DNA of 64,000 bases from an uncultured virus (IMG/VR IMGVR_UViG_3300028571_000012) (IMGVR_UViG_3300028571_000012); one strand, 5' to 3'. Positions 37,250 to 47,604 are shown, counted from the stretch's first letter. The notes: a model not told the origin generated them from the letters alone. Numbers and translations are program-made.

Positions 37250-37921
37250 TTACAGATTAAAAGATGAGGTTTTTTCCAATGCGATGAAATATTGCACAGG
37301 TTGTGATTGATTTGGCCAACGCGAGATAAGTTTGCTGCTTATTTCAACTGCATAATCACCTGGAACAACTTTAAGATTGGCAATCAAAAAGTGCAAATCA
37401 AATGATGCTTTTTGGCTGTTATTCTCATCAATAACAACGGAAAAAGTATTTGCCGAAGAGTTTTTTGGGTCACCGACCGAAAGAGTCACGACACCGTTTG
37501 AACCACTGATGGCCACCATTGAGTGACCTAAAGCGCCAGCGGCCTTACGAATTTGCCCTAAGACTTCTTCGGTAATGGTTACAACAAGATCGGTTGACGG
37601 CATGTTAATTTTACTTTTAGGAGTTGTCAAAATGCCTGGATCAGCAAAGCGGTACGATGCTTGAGTGCGCCCGCTTTTGAACAGCACGCTATTTTCCGAA
37701 AAATGAAGTTCAGGATCTTCCATTAATCCGAACATGGAAATAAATTCATTAAGATCATAAATTCCAAAGGTGGAATCAAATGAACTTACATCGGCAATGG
37801 CCATAATATTTTTGGCTTCGGAAATTGTCGAGATAGGCTCACCTGCTTTTACCAACAGGTTGGAATTAATTGATGAAAAGTTTTTTAGAATATCGAGTGT
37901 TTGTGATGTTAGTTTTGTCAT
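37250..37921 (-). CDS. gp45: sliding clamp
   Basis: ILKNFSSIN, FGIYDLNEF, YFIALE; start moved to MTKL, 6 nt after TACAAT. Confidence 0.93.
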   Translation of the reverse strand: MTKLTSQTLDILKNFSSINSNLLVKAGEPISTISEAKNIMAIADVSSFDSTFGIYDLNEFISMFGLMEDPELHFSENSVLFKSGRTQASYRFADPGILTTPKSKINMPSTDLVVTITEEVLGQIRKAAGALGHSMVAISGSNGVVTLSVGDPKNSSANTFSVVIDENNSQKASFDLHFLIANLKVVPGDYAVEISSKLISRWPNQSQPVQYFIALEKTSSFNL

Positions 37922-37985
37922 ATGTAAATTGTACAATAAATTGTGGTAAAGGTAAAGGGTTTTTTATTTTAAATTACGGCACAAA

Positions 37986-38017
37986 AGACGGGTGGACTTT
38001 TTACGGTCCACCCGTCT
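37986..38017 (-). terminator. intrinsic terminator
   Basis: 12-bp stem agacgggtggac/gtccacccgtct plus U-tract. Confidence 0.8.
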
Positions 38018-38024
38018 GTTTAAA

Positions 38025-38282
38025 TTAGGCCATAACTCCGCGATGAGAACCAAGGCGATAGCGGCGAACCTTTTCTCCGCTGCGGGTTTTGCGATCGTTG
38101 AGATAGATCGGGAAACCTTCTCCGCGAAGCTTACTGATCACACGAGCCGGATCCGCAATTCCGCTTTGTTTTGCCTCATTGGCCGAAAATTCATTTCCAT
38201 CCTGAAGGAAGGAAAAAATTGCATCGGCTTGAGTCATTTTGTTTGCAAGACGTGACAGTCTTTGTGTTTGTTTCTTAGTCAT
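38025..38282 (-). CDS. winged-helix DNA-binding protein
   Basis: I...L..G...S..EA...GI..PARVISKLR.EG..I...YRL. Confidence 0.7.
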   Translation of the reverse strand: MTKKQTQRLSRLANKMTQADAIFSFLQDGNEFSANEAKQSGIADPARVISKLRGEGFPIYLNDRKTRSGEKVRRYRLGSHRGVMA

Positions 38283-38354
38283 GTATTTGTTTTTTTCTTT
38301 TTTTTCTTTGGCCAGTTTCATATATTTGATGAAGGACCACTCACCAAAATTTTA

Positions 38355-39581
38355 TCAGAAAGGAATTGGCTCGGGCACCGGTTCTGCCACCGGAGCGGGT
38401 GGAACGATTTGACCATCCTCATTCAATTGAATTGCATTGCCATCAATTTTTGTGTAAAGATCCAGGAATGCTTCCCGCGTTTCATTTTCAAATCGGCTGA
38501 TACACATATTAATTGCGGTAAGGCGATCATTAAAGACGCTGTAAGCTTTTACAATATGGCACAGGCGGCGAGTGGAAATAAGTTCATCAACGCCTTCGGC
38601 TTCATATGTTTTGCGAATTACCGCGCTCCAACCAACAAGTTTGTCGACAAATTCATCATCTTTAAGATCAAGTGCATCAAGATGTTTTTTGACAATACTG
38701 TGCTCAGTCTTAAAGTTTGGATACGGTTGGTCGATTGTTGCAACAAATCGTTCCATAAAGGCATCGTCAATAATACTAGCGGCGCTATAGCGTCCGTCAT
38801 CAGATCCACGACCTTTGGTATTTGCAGTTGCAATAATATTGAATCCAGGTGCGGGAGCTACAACTTGACCAATCTTTTTAATAAGAATAGGTTTACCTTC
38901 CAGAACACCTTGAAGGCACATAACTTTGTTGGAACCGCGGTCAATTTCATCAATAAGAAGAATGCATCCACGTTCCATCGCTTTTACCACCGGACCTTTG
39001 TGAAAGACAGTTTCACCATTGATCAAACGGAATCCACCAATAAGATCATCTTCATCAGTTTCAGGGCTGATTTGAACTCGAATGTACTCGCGCTTAAGTT
39101 TGGCGCACGCCTGTTCCACCATCATTGTTTTGCCGTTACCGGAAAGACCGCTAATGTAGACAGGGAAAAACATTCGGCTTTGAATTACCTTTTTAATACT
39201 GGCGTGTTCACCCCAGGCGACAAATGTAGGATCCACGGGAGGAACATAGACGTCATCATTGGTAAAGGCGTGAATTTTGGTTGGTGTCGGAATGGACATA
39301 TTGAAAACCGGCTCCGGAGCCGCGGTCGCGACAGGTGATTCACACACACCTTCAGGCGGAGAGAAGTTTCCGGTCATTCGAGTTTTGAAAAGGCCGCGCA
39401 AATCATATTTGCCATAACCAACTTTTAGCGCATCGGTCATAAATGTGTCCCGAATTTCGCTGTATTTCATGCCGTGCAGACGACCTGCTTCATTGATGGC
39501 GGTCGTTCCGAAAAACGGTTTTTCGCCGGAGTGAAACAATGTGTCCAATGTATTTTTTGCTGATGCATTCATATTCTTCAT
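38355..39581 (-). CDS. MoxR/CobS-like AAA+ ATPase
   Basis: GLSGNGKT, LLIDEID, ATANTKG.G, AFMERF, ISTRRL. Confidence 0.92.
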   Translation of the reverse strand: MKNMNASAKNTLDTLFHSGEKPFFGTTAINEAGRLHGMKYSEIRDTFMTDALKVGYGKYDLRGLFKTRMTGNFSPPEGVCESPVATAAPEPVFNMSIPTPTKIHAFTNDDVYVPPVDPTFVAWGEHASIKKVIQSRMFFPVYISGLSGNGKTMMVEQACAKLKREYIRVQISPETDEDDLIGGFRLINGETVFHKGPVVKAMERGCILLIDEIDRGSNKVMCLQGVLEGKPILIKKIGQVVAPAPGFNIIATANTKGRGSDDGRYSAASIIDDAFMERFVATIDQPYPNFKTEHSIVKKHLDALDLKDDEFVDKLVGWSAVIRKTYEAEGVDELISTRRLCHIVKAYSVFNDRLTAINMCISRFENETREAFLDLYTKIDGNAIQLNEDGQIVPPAPVAEPVPEPIPF

Positions 39582-39625
39582 AATGTAGAGGTGGTGAGAT
39601 TCGGAGTGTCGTTCCCGATGAAGTT

Positions 39626-39655
39626 ATTGTACCATATTTTGCACGGTTTGTAAAC
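39626..39655 (-). promoter_or_regulatory. sigma70-type promoter GTTTACA-17-TACAAT
   Basis: Motif upstream of AAA gene. Confidence 0.7.
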
Positions 39656-39679
39656 AACTTTTTATCGGAAGATTCATTT

Positions 39680-42025
39680 TTATGCAATAATTTCAGCAAA
39701 TTTGTTAAGAAACACACGAGATGTTCTTTTCTCAGAGGTAAATTTGGCAAAATCCTTGGCCAATTTGGTTTGGACACTCGATTCGGTGAAGCTTTTTCCA
39801 GAGGATAAGCTGTCCGATTCAAAGGAATTTTCCTCAACAATGTTAAGATTTCTTGTGTTCTCGAAAATGAAATATGCGTCATAATTAAATGCGCCTTTCA
39901 CAAGCAGGCATTTTTCCTTTTTGTTCTTTCTGAGTGCAGTCTTAAATGTTTCGGATGCATTGGTCCAGGAAACGTGCTCTTTATTATTTGAATTGTAGAC
40001 AAAGGAATCAATTCCATTGGTTTTCAAATCTCTTTGATTTTGAGCAACAAAGAATCCGAGGACAGATGTGCCGCAAGTATGTTTTAGATTTTTGATAAGA
40101 TCGGAATATAGTTGTTTGTTGCAGGCATTGTATCCATTATAGCCTCCACTTTGATCAAAGTGAATTTCATTGCCGTGAACTTTAATCATATATTTGCTGC
40201 AACCGTAAACCGAGGTGCCTCCACTGGTAGGCTTACGGAATGTAACATCGGAATTATTGTCATTCAACATCAGCCGGCTGCCGTCACCGTCGGTAAGAAA
40301 GACAGTATTCATTTTTTGAATTTTATGTTTGGCTTTAAAGTTTTTCACAATGTCGTGAGCAGCAATAATAACTTCCAGCAGAGGGGTGCCGGACATTTTT
40401 TCGTAACATGTTTCCAGAGCAAATCTGCACATTCCGCGGTTAAAATTGAACAGTTGAGCTTTGAGTTCACGAACAGCCAAGTCAAACTTGTCTTTTTTCG
40501 TGTCGCTGTTAAGCAATTCAAAAATATGAGTAGAATCTTCAAATCGGATACTCAAACCCAGCATCGAAGAATGGGAATTTGCACTATATGTTCCACCATG
40601 ATATGCCGACAAATCATCAGGATTTGTAAAACCATAAACCTCGAATGGAATTCCTACCGCCTTGCAAAAGTAAACAAGTTGAAGTGTTTGATCAATAACA
40701 TCTCCCAAAGTGTTGCGCATCGAGCTGCTATAGTCGATGAAAAACACCATGCCGTGAGATTTAGCATCAGCCAAAGTGGTAACACTTTTGAAAATTTGAT
40801 CTTCAAATTTGTATGAATGAAGCTTATTGACATTAATAGAACCAGAGTCGCTTTCCCGAGAACGGCTGTATTGAAAAGCAGATTTTCTCCGTTCAAATTC
40901 CTTAATAAGAACAGCAATGTGTTTTTTGGTCGAAGTTTTAAATTGAGCAAAGTGCGCAACAAATTCAGGGTTGGTCATTACCGCATTATACCGAGGATGA
41001 GACTGACGGGCGTGCATAATCTTTTCAAGAGGAACAACGGCGCGCATTGTTTGTTCTTTTTTCGGACTATTAATCACATTGTAGTCGATATTCTTTTGAA
41101 GATCTTTCAAATTGGATTCAAATTCATTTTGCGTCTGCGATTCAAAAGGATCCACATCGCCCGAATAGTTCGGTTTAAAGGAATCTGCACCAGCGCTGGA
41201 ATCGGGTGATTGATCATCTCCCGAACCATCATCTCCCGAACCATCATCTCCCGAACCATCATCTCCCGAACCAGCATCTTCCGAACCAGCATCTGAGCCG
41301 GTGGAATCATTTTTCTTTTTATCAATATTTTGATCGGAGTCTGTGTCCTCGGTCTTGTCTTGTTCTTCCTGATCGCCCTGATCGCCGCCGACAGACTGTT
41401 CGTCTTCATCTTGAGTTTCCTCGGGATCGGCCGATTGTGAAGAATTTTGTTGCTCCTTATTCTTTTCGGCGCCAACAAAATCATAAATGTCTTTGCAAAT
41501 CTCAAGAACCTCATCGTATGATTCGGCGGTCAAGCAGCGGTTGTAAAGTACTTCCTCTTCAGATGTCAAAGGAACATCAACCAAATTGCCAATCTTACCT
41601 TTAAGATTCAGGCGATCAATAAATCCCATCTTCCGAAGATCTTTATTTTTGATTTTAAAGAAGTCCTTTTCAATAAAGTGTTTGTAGCCTTCACGAAAGG
41701 AATAAACAAGACCGGGATAGTCGTCGCGGACCATTCGCTCAATGCGAATATCTTCAACAACGTTGCCAATCGCAAATGGCGCACCGGGAATCTTTTCGCG
41801 AAAGCGGGAAATTGCATCTTCTGGAGTATGAAGTGCGTGACCAACTTCATGTCCTACAAGCAAATCAGAAACAAACTTACTTTCGGTGTTCCACGTCGGA
41901 AGTCCTAAAGTTCGGTTTTTAACATCAAAGAACGCCGTATTGTAGTTTCCAACAACAACGTTGATGTTTTCCTTTGACAAAAGCTTGGCAAGCATTGTTG
42001 GAGTATTTGTATTTGCAACCTTCAC
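39680..42025 (-). CDS. metallopeptidase-like plus vWA (CobT-like) protein
   Basis: HEVGHALHT, EDIRIE, acidic linker, MIDAS DYSSSM, GTPL, LTDGD. Confidence 0.88.
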   Translation of the reverse strand: MKVANTNTPTMLAKLLSKENINVVVGNYNTAFFDVKNRTLGLPTWNTESKFVSDLLVGHEVGHALHTPEDAISRFREKIPGAPFAIGNVVEDIRIERMVRDDYPGLVYSFREGYKHFIEKDFFKIKNKDLRKMGFIDRLNLKGKIGNLVDVPLTSEEEVLYNRCLTAESYDEVLEICKDIYDFVGAEKNKEQQNSSQSADPEETQDEDEQSVGGDQGDQEEQDKTEDTDSDQNIDKKKNDSTGSDAGSEDAGSGDDGSGDDGSGDDGSGDDQSPDSSAGADSFKPNYSGDVDPFESQTQNEFESNLKDLQKNIDYNVINSPKKEQTMRAVVPLEKIMHARQSHPRYNAVMTNPEFVAHFAQFKTSTKKHIAVLIKEFERRKSAFQYSRSRESDSGSINVNKLHSYKFEDQIFKSVTTLADAKSHGMVFFIDYSSSMRNTLGDVIDQTLQLVYFCKAVGIPFEVYGFTNPDDLSAYHGGTYSANSHSSMLGLSIRFEDSTHIFELLNSDTKKDKFDLAVRELKAQLFNFNRGMCRFALETCYEKMSGTPLLEVIIAAHDIVKNFKAKHKIQKMNTVFLTDGDGSRLMLNDNNSDVTFRKPTSGGTSVYGCSKYMIKVHGNEIHFDQSGGYNGYNACNKQLYSDLIKNLKHTCGTSVLGFFVAQNQRDLKTNGIDSFVYNSNNKEHVSWTNASETFKTALRKNKKEKCLLVKGAFNYDAYFIFENTRNLNIVEENSFESDSLSSGKSFTESSVQTKLAKDFAKFTSEKRTSRVFLNKFAEIIA
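41213..41294. repeat. 15-bp tandem repeat (about 5.5 copies) encoding D(D/A)GS(G/E)
   Basis: atcatctcccgaacc x4, then agcatcttccgaacc and a partial copy. Confidence 0.9.
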
Positions 42026-42031
42026 GAGAAC

Positions 42032-42061
42032 ATTCTACCATAAAGAAGCCGATTTGTAAAC
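42032..42061 (-). promoter_or_regulatory. sigma70-type promoter GTTTACA-17-TAGAAT
   Basis: 6 nt upstream of GTG 42025. Confidence 0.7.
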
Positions 42062-42125
42062 ATCTTTTTTCAAAAAACCGAACTTTTTTACGGTTTTTAA
42101 TGCAATCGTTTAGATCTAAACGGTT

Positions 42126-43847
42126 TTATGTTATGGATTTGATTTGCGTGAAGTTCTTTTTCTTCTCAAATTCGATCTTTCTTTCAAATTTACCTTCTAG
42201 AAGGTCTTGCTTGTGGCTAATCACAAATATTCTTGTTTCCTTGTCCAAGTCTTGTAGGATTCGCAGCAAGTTTTCAATGCTTTCAATATCCAGCGATGCA
42301 TCAAATATTTCATCCAATATTAGAATGTTTGTGTTGCTGCTGTTTTTCATTTTGGCAACCTGTCTCCACGCAAACAACAAACTCAGGTCAATCTTTTGTT
42401 TTTCACCTTCACTAAAAGAGCTGTATGTAAAATCGTCTCGGTGGCGTGAACGGATCGTCTCATTGAAATTTTCATCAAGTTCAAAGCTTACGAAAAAATC
42501 AAGCATTTGAAGATAATTGTTGATAAGTTTATTCATAACGGGAAGATATTGGCGGATGATTTTGGTTTTAATGCCAGTATCTTTCAACAATTCTCCAATA
42601 ACATCATTGTAAGTCCGTTCGTCCAATTGATTGGATTTAAGGTCCGACAAAGCATCACGAGTATTTTTCAATTTCTCAAGATCATCAAACACAGTTTGAA
42701 GTTCTTTTTGATCACCGCTTGTATTTTTTAAAGTGATAAGTTCGGAAATGCGTTTTTCAAATTTGGTAATTAATGCTTGATTTGCGCGAACATCATTATT
42801 AAGTTTTAGCAAACCTTGCAATTCTCTTTCAGCATCCGCCAAAGCACTGGAAGTATTTGATATGGATTGCTGCAGCAATGTGTATCCTTCCAGCATTGTT
42901 TGTGACTTATCATCACATTCTTTTATTCTACCATCACGAATGTGTGATTCGATTCCTTGACTGCAAGTTGGACATACATCATTTGATTTGTAAAAATCTG
43001 AATCAAATTTAATTTTCTTAATATTGTCATTAATTTGCTTTTCGTACAATTTTAAACTTGACATTGTTTTAGTATCCCTGTCAAGTTTGTTTTTTACTTT
43101 TCCATAACTGTTTCCATAAACGGTTGACAATTTTTCGTTGTTATCAACCAGTTCTTGAATTTGAAATTGAAGGTCGTTGATTTCCTCATCATATTTTGCT
43201 GCATTACTGGCATTTAATTGGCGCAGTTTATCAAGATGCTTATTTTGAACAACCAGCAAATCTTTTGTGTGCGCTATTTGATATTCTGTATCCTTAATTG
43301 AATCCTTGAGTTTTGATTGTGTTTCTTTTAATACCACATTCATTTTGCCAAAAATACCAATGTCCAACAATTCCTCAATAACCTCACGTCGTTGATGAGT
43401 TGACAGTTGCATAAACGGAATAAAGTTTCCGCTGCCGAGAACAACAACTTGGTGGAAACTTTTATGATTCAATTTAAGAATATTTGTTTCCAATAGTTTT
43501 TGATAATCGCGCGAATGTGATTCTTGGTTAATCATTGAACCGTTGCACCAAATTTCAAAAGTATTTGGTTTCATTGTTCTTATAATTTTGTATTCGTTTG
43601 ATCCGATGGCAAATTCGACTTCAACTTTACAACCTTTACCATTAATGCTATTAATAAGTTGAGGTTTGGTAATATTTCGGTGTGGTTTACCAAACAGCGC
43701 AAAGGATAATGCATCCAGCATAAGGCTTTTGCCGCTGCCGTTATGACCAACAATTAATGTTGAAGAAATGCTATTAAGATCAATTTCAATTTCATTCTCT
43801 CCAACACTTAGGAAATTTTTATATCGTAATTTTTTAAAGATTAACAT
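42126..43847 (-). CDS. gp46: recombination endonuclease ATPase subunit (Rad50/SbcC-like)
   Basis: GHNGSGKS, CPTC hook, FSEGEK, ILDE, ISH. Confidence 0.96.
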   Translation of the reverse strand: MLIFKKLRYKNFLSVGENEIEIDLNSISSTLIVGHNGSGKSLMLDALSFALFGKPHRNITKPQLINSINGKGCKVEVEFAIGSNEYKIIRTMKPNTFEIWCNGSMINQESHSRDYQKLLETNILKLNHKSFHQVVVLGSGNFIPFMQLSTHQRREVIEELLDIGIFGKMNVVLKETQSKLKDSIKDTEYQIAHTKDLLVVQNKHLDKLRQLNASNAAKYDEEINDLQFQIQELVDNNEKLSTVYGNSYGKVKNKLDRDTKTMSSLKLYEKQINDNIKKIKFDSDFYKSNDVCPTCSQGIESHIRDGRIKECDDKSQTMLEGYTLLQQSISNTSSALADAERELQGLLKLNNDVRANQALITKFEKRISELITLKNTSGDQKELQTVFDDLEKLKNTRDALSDLKSNQLDERTYNDVIGELLKDTGIKTKIIRQYLPVMNKLINNYLQMLDFFVSFELDENFNETIRSRHRDDFTYSSFSEGEKQKIDLSLLFAWRQVAKMKNSSNTNILILDEIFDASLDIESIENLLRILQDLDKETRIFVISHKQDLLEGKFERKIEFEKKKNFTQIKSIT

Positions 43848-43850
43848 AGT

Positions 43851-44930
43851 TTATAGTGCGTCAAGTTGTTGTGCTTCAGTATAAAGTTCTTGCAATTTTG
43901 ATTTTATTCTTTCTTTATCCAAATCAGTTTCAACAGAATCAACATATGTATTTAACAATGTTCCGGTATCGCTGACACAAATTGATTCGTCTGCCACATT
44001 TTCGCTGGTATATTCCGCGAATGATTCGACAATTTTAAGATCAAATGGATCATTTGCATTAATTTTATCAATGTATTTGTCAAACGCATACGGATCTTTT
44101 TTAGATGATACAATAACTTTAACAAATGAACCTGCAACGTGTGACAAATCCATAGCTTTTACCGATTCAACAGGATTATCATACGCCGTATCATTGTATA
44201 CAAGTTTTTTGAAAATGCACATGTTGTTTCTCACAGGTTGTAATTTTCTTGTTGAGGTATCAAGAATGTGAAAATATTTTGGATCATTACAATCAGCCCA
44301 CGTGTGTTCAAATGCCACTCCCAAATAATGAATATTTGCGTTGCTGCTTTTTGTATGATAGTGTCCGCTGAGAACCATTTCATATCTGTTAAACAAACCT
44401 GAATCCATACCATGGCTTGTTGATGGCGCACCTTTCATCATTTCAAAACCTTGCAGTTCCAAATGTGCTCCAATAATAGGTGCATTTGCCGTTTCAATAA
44501 ATTTAATGCTTTCGGCATAGTTTTCACTGGTAATCCATGGCAGCAATGCCATTGCCATTCCATCATAATTAACAACGGTTGGATTCATATAAACTTGTAC
44601 GCAATCATTGTAATGATTTAAAATTTCAACAAGGCTGCACAAGTCATTGGTATTTTTGAAAGCGCAATCGTGGTTACCTGGAATAATATCCATCGTCATA
44701 CCATATTCTCTCAATTTCTCTAGAAACATGGAACGATTTCTGGACAATGTTTTGGTATAAAGAACTTTCCTATTGTCAAAATAATCACCAAGGTGAACTA
44801 TCTTCTTAATGTCATTCTTTAAACAATAAGGGAAAAATACTTTACTGTAAAATTTTTCAGCGTAGTTAAGAAATATATCACTGCTGTTTTTAATTCCAGC
44901 GTGCGTATCACATAGTATTGCTATTTTCAT
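43851..44930 (-). CDS. gp47: recombination endonuclease nuclease subunit (Mre11/SbcD-like)
   Basis: DTHAG, LGDYFD, GNHD, SGHYH. Confidence 0.95.
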   Translation of the reverse strand: MKIAILCDTHAGIKNSSDIFLNYAEKFYSKVFFPYCLKNDIKKIVHLGDYFDNRKVLYTKTLSRNRSMFLEKLREYGMTMDIIPGNHDCAFKNTNDLCSLVEILNHYNDCVQVYMNPTVVNYDGMAMALLPWITSENYAESIKFIETANAPIIGAHLELQGFEMMKGAPSTSHGMDSGLFNRYEMVLSGHYHTKSSNANIHYLGVAFEHTWADCNDPKYFHILDTSTRKLQPVRNNMCIFKKLVYNDTAYDNPVESVKAMDLSHVAGSFVKVIVSSKKDPYAFDKYIDKINANDPFDLKIVESFAEYTSENVADESICVSDTGTLLNTYVDSVETDLDKERIKSKLQELYTEAQQLDAL

Positions 44931-44932
44931 AT

Positions 44933-45553
44933 TTAATCTTCCAAAAAGCTATCAAGCAATCCTTTGCGCACAACAGGATGTTTTCTCTTGTCAACTTTTT
45001 GGTGCTTTGTATTTTCTTTTATTGATCGTTCCTCATTATCATAATTGTAAAACGCATCATTCTTTTGGCGCATTTTTTCAATCATACTTTCATTGCCGTT
45101 GTTGGAATATTCATCAAATTCAGCAAAGGTTCCAATATTACCTTGTTCAATTAAAGATTGCTTAATTGCAACTTGTTTCTTTTCCTTGGCAATCCGTCGC
45201 AAAAAGGCAAAGTAACTTATTTGTGTAAAATAGGAAAACGCATTTGCGGATCCTGTTCTTGTAGGAGCATCAAAATTATAGTTATTGGCTGCTTTAATGC
45301 AATTTTCAACTGCGTCCATAACCATATCATCTCTATATGTGTATTTGACAAAGTTGGGACTTTTTGACAAACCGTAACATATTTTCAAAAAACATTCACC
45401 AATGTAATTGCTAAGCGGTCTTGGTTCTTTACCTTCCGCAATGTCCTTCTTTACACCGCTGACGTGTTCAAATAATGCTTGGGAAAATTCTTTGTTATTC
45501 ACATAATCTTCACCACGGGATCTTCGTTTTTTTACTGGGTATTCTTCATCCAT
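44933..45553 (-). CDS. gp55: late-transcription sigma factor
   Basis: YVNNKEF, PNF..YTYR, NAFSYFTQI, AFLRRI.KEKKQ. Confidence 0.95.
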   Translation of the reverse strand: MDEEYPVKKRRSRGEDYVNNKEFSQALFEHVSGVKKDIAEGKEPRPLSNYIGECFLKICYGLSKSPNFVKYTYRDDMVMDAVENCIKAANNYNFDAPTRTGSANAFSYFTQISYFAFLRRIAKEKKQVAIKQSLIEQGNIGTFAEFDEYSNNGNESMIEKMRQKNDAFYNYDNEERSIKENTKHQKVDKRKHPVVRKGLLDSFLED

Positions 45554-45631
45554 ATATGTTATATACTATACGGATTTGAGGCAATGTAAACAACTTTTTT
45601 CAAATTTATTTTCGAATATCCGAATTTTATG

Positions 45632-45662
45632 GTTTACATCATTCTACAAAATGTTATAATAA
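45632..45662 (+). promoter_or_regulatory. antisense sigma70-type promoter, divergent from the gp55 promoter (45563-45591)
   Basis: GTTTACAT-N11-ATGTTATAATAA; no plus-strand gene follows. Confidence 0.65.
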
Positions 45663-45686
45663 CCATTAAGGTAACCGCAAACGATG

Positions 45687-46088
45687 TTAGGACATCATAT
45701 TATCTTTAAAATCCTTCCAGTAATCCTGTTTAGCAAGTGATGTTAAGTTTGTTTGATCCTGTTCGTTTTGATCAAAATATTCGCTTGCAATTACACTTAG
45801 GTTATTAAGTATAAGTTGGTTAATATAAATGTGTTCAAGTTCCTCACTTGCATACGTTTCGGATTCAATTGCTTTCATGTGAAGCACCAAAGTATTTGAA
45901 TCATCAAAAGGAATGGCAGGAATAAATGTTGTTTTATATGATCCGTCATACGAAACAAGTGTTTTACACTCCATTGCAAAACTTAGGTAAACACATTCGT
46001 CGCATACATCAATTAATGATCCTATAATTTGTCTACCACCAAATGTATTAAATACGCGTATGTCCAATTGTTGTTCTTCTTCTTTCAT
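45687..46088 (-). CDS. conserved hypothetical protein between uvsW and gp55
   Basis: Position and beta-rich N-terminus. Confidence 0.6.
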   Translation of the reverse strand: MKEEEQQLDIRVFNTFGGRQIIGSLIDVCDECVYLSFAMECKTLVSYDGSYKTTFIPAIPFDDSNTLVLHMKAIESETYASEELEHIYINQLILNNLSVIASEYFDQNEQDQTNLTSLAKQDYWKDFKDNMMS

Positions 46089-47602
46089 AATGGCATGGGA
46101 ATTTCATAAACTTTGTACTCGAAACTTTCTTTATCATAAATTTTAATGCGATCAATCGCGTGTTTCATTGTATAATTCTTTTTGTTTTTCCAAGAGAAAT
46201 TATCCGATATGTCATAAACAACTGTTCCTTTACCGTTATCGGATTTTCTTAATCCTCGGCCAATACTTTGAAGTACTCTAATTTGACTTTTTGTTGGTGC
46301 GGCAAAAATAATTGTATGTAAGTTTTTAATATTTATCCCTGTACTAAATGTGGCGCTCGAAGCAACAATAATAGCGTTCTTTTCATTTTCAACAATACCT
46401 CGAATATTTTCTCTGTCCATCGCATTAACTTCACCGCTGACATAAAATGCTTTGCGATCCTGATCTTCCGAAGATTTTATCAAATTCTGTATTTGTTTGT
46501 ACAAAGGTTTGCCGTGTTTGCCAACAAGATTGAATAGTACAAGTGTATTACCTTTTTGATCAAGCGCCAATTTGGATATAAAAAGATTACGACCGGGATG
46601 TGATACAATGGCATCAATTTCTTTTTGATAATCCATTTTGGATACCAACTTTTTTAATTCATCATCATGATTAAGAACAAGGCATTTGATTTTTAAAGAT
46701 GCAAGTGTATCATTATCCATCAATTGTTTTGTAGTAATTACTCGATGAATAGGTCCGAAATTACCAATGAGAACAAGTTCGTTACACACACTGCCATCAA
46801 TTGTTCCTGTAGTGCCAATACGATATTGCGCATTGACAAGATTGGTCATAATGCTATTAAGACTTTTGGCTTTAAATAAATGCGCTTCATCTCCTACAAC
46901 CATACCGTATTGTAAAAACCAAGATTTGGGAAGTGTAATAGCGCTTTGCCATGTTGTAACTACAACTCTGCTGTCAAATTGATTTTTTTCTTTACCGCTA
47001 TAAATTTTATGAACATCAATGGCGGCATCAAACTCATCATCCAGCCTGCTGTAATCATCAAAATCTTTGCTCATTTGCTCCACCAAACTTGTTGTAGGAA
47101 CTACAATTAAAACCTTTTCATCATGATGATCTAAAAACCAGCGAACCATCATGTAAATAATAAGACTTTTACCGCTTCCTGTAGGGCTTATTACCAAGCT
47201 GCGCCCTTCGCTGCATGCGTGCGCAAAAGCTGAAACTTGATAATCACGTGCTTGAATATTGTCGCCATTGCTGCCCGTTAATGTTAAAGTTTTTATATAA
47301 TCAACCAAATGTTCTTTATTTGTAGGAACACGTTGTGATATATCGTCATCAATACTTACAGTATATTTTCTACTGTTTGCAAACTTCATTAACTCCAACA
47401 ACAATCCGTATGGTAACGTATGATTGCGCATATCAAGCAATCGCGCCTTGCCGTCCCAAAGCTTGTTGCGATACGCCGGAATAAATTTATAGCCGTCAAC
47501 CATAAAAGTAAAGTATTCACATGCTTCCATGAGAATACCATGATCATCGGAACTTATTTTAAGCACCGATTCATTTACTTTCTTTACGGTTATATGTGCC
47601 AT
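46085..47602 (-). CDS. uvsW: SF2 DNA helicase
   Basis: RDYQ, PTGSGKS, DEAH, TGT, QSIGRGLR. Confidence 0.96.
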   Translation of the reverse strand: MAHITVKKVNESVLKISSDDHGILMEACEYFTFMVDGYKFIPAYRNKLWDGKARLLDMRNHTLPYGLLLELMKFANSRKYTVSIDDDISQRVPTNKEHLVDYIKTLTLTGSNGDNIQARDYQVSAFAHACSEGRSLVISPTGSGKSLIIYMMVRWFLDHHDEKVLIVVPTTSLVEQMSKDFDDYSRLDDEFDAAIDVHKIYSGKEKNQFDSRVVVTTWQSAITLPKSWFLQYGMVVGDEAHLFKAKSLNSIMTNLVNAQYRIGTTGTIDGSVCNELVLIGNFGPIHRVITTKQLMDNDTLASLKIKCLVLNHDDELKKLVSKMDYQKEIDAIVSHPGRNLFISKLALDQKGNTLVLFNLVGKHGKPLYKQIQNLIKSSEDQDRKAFYVSGEVNAMDRENIRGIVENEKNAIIVASSATFSTGINIKNLHTIIFAAPTKSQIRVLQSIGRGLRKSDNGKGTVVYDISDNFSWKNKKNYTMKHAIDRIKIYDKESFEYKVYEIPMPL

Positions 47603-47604
47603 AA

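Noticed and set aside
38262..39338. 358-aa plus-strand ORF
   Set aside because: Antisense shadow of the MoxR ATPase; no motifs or promoter
41213..41294. Possible CRISPR array
   Set aside because: Direct tandem units with no spacers, in frame within a CDS
40112..41604. Chain of plus-strand ORFs including HHLPN repeats
   Set aside because: Antisense shadows of the vWA gene and its 15-bp repeat
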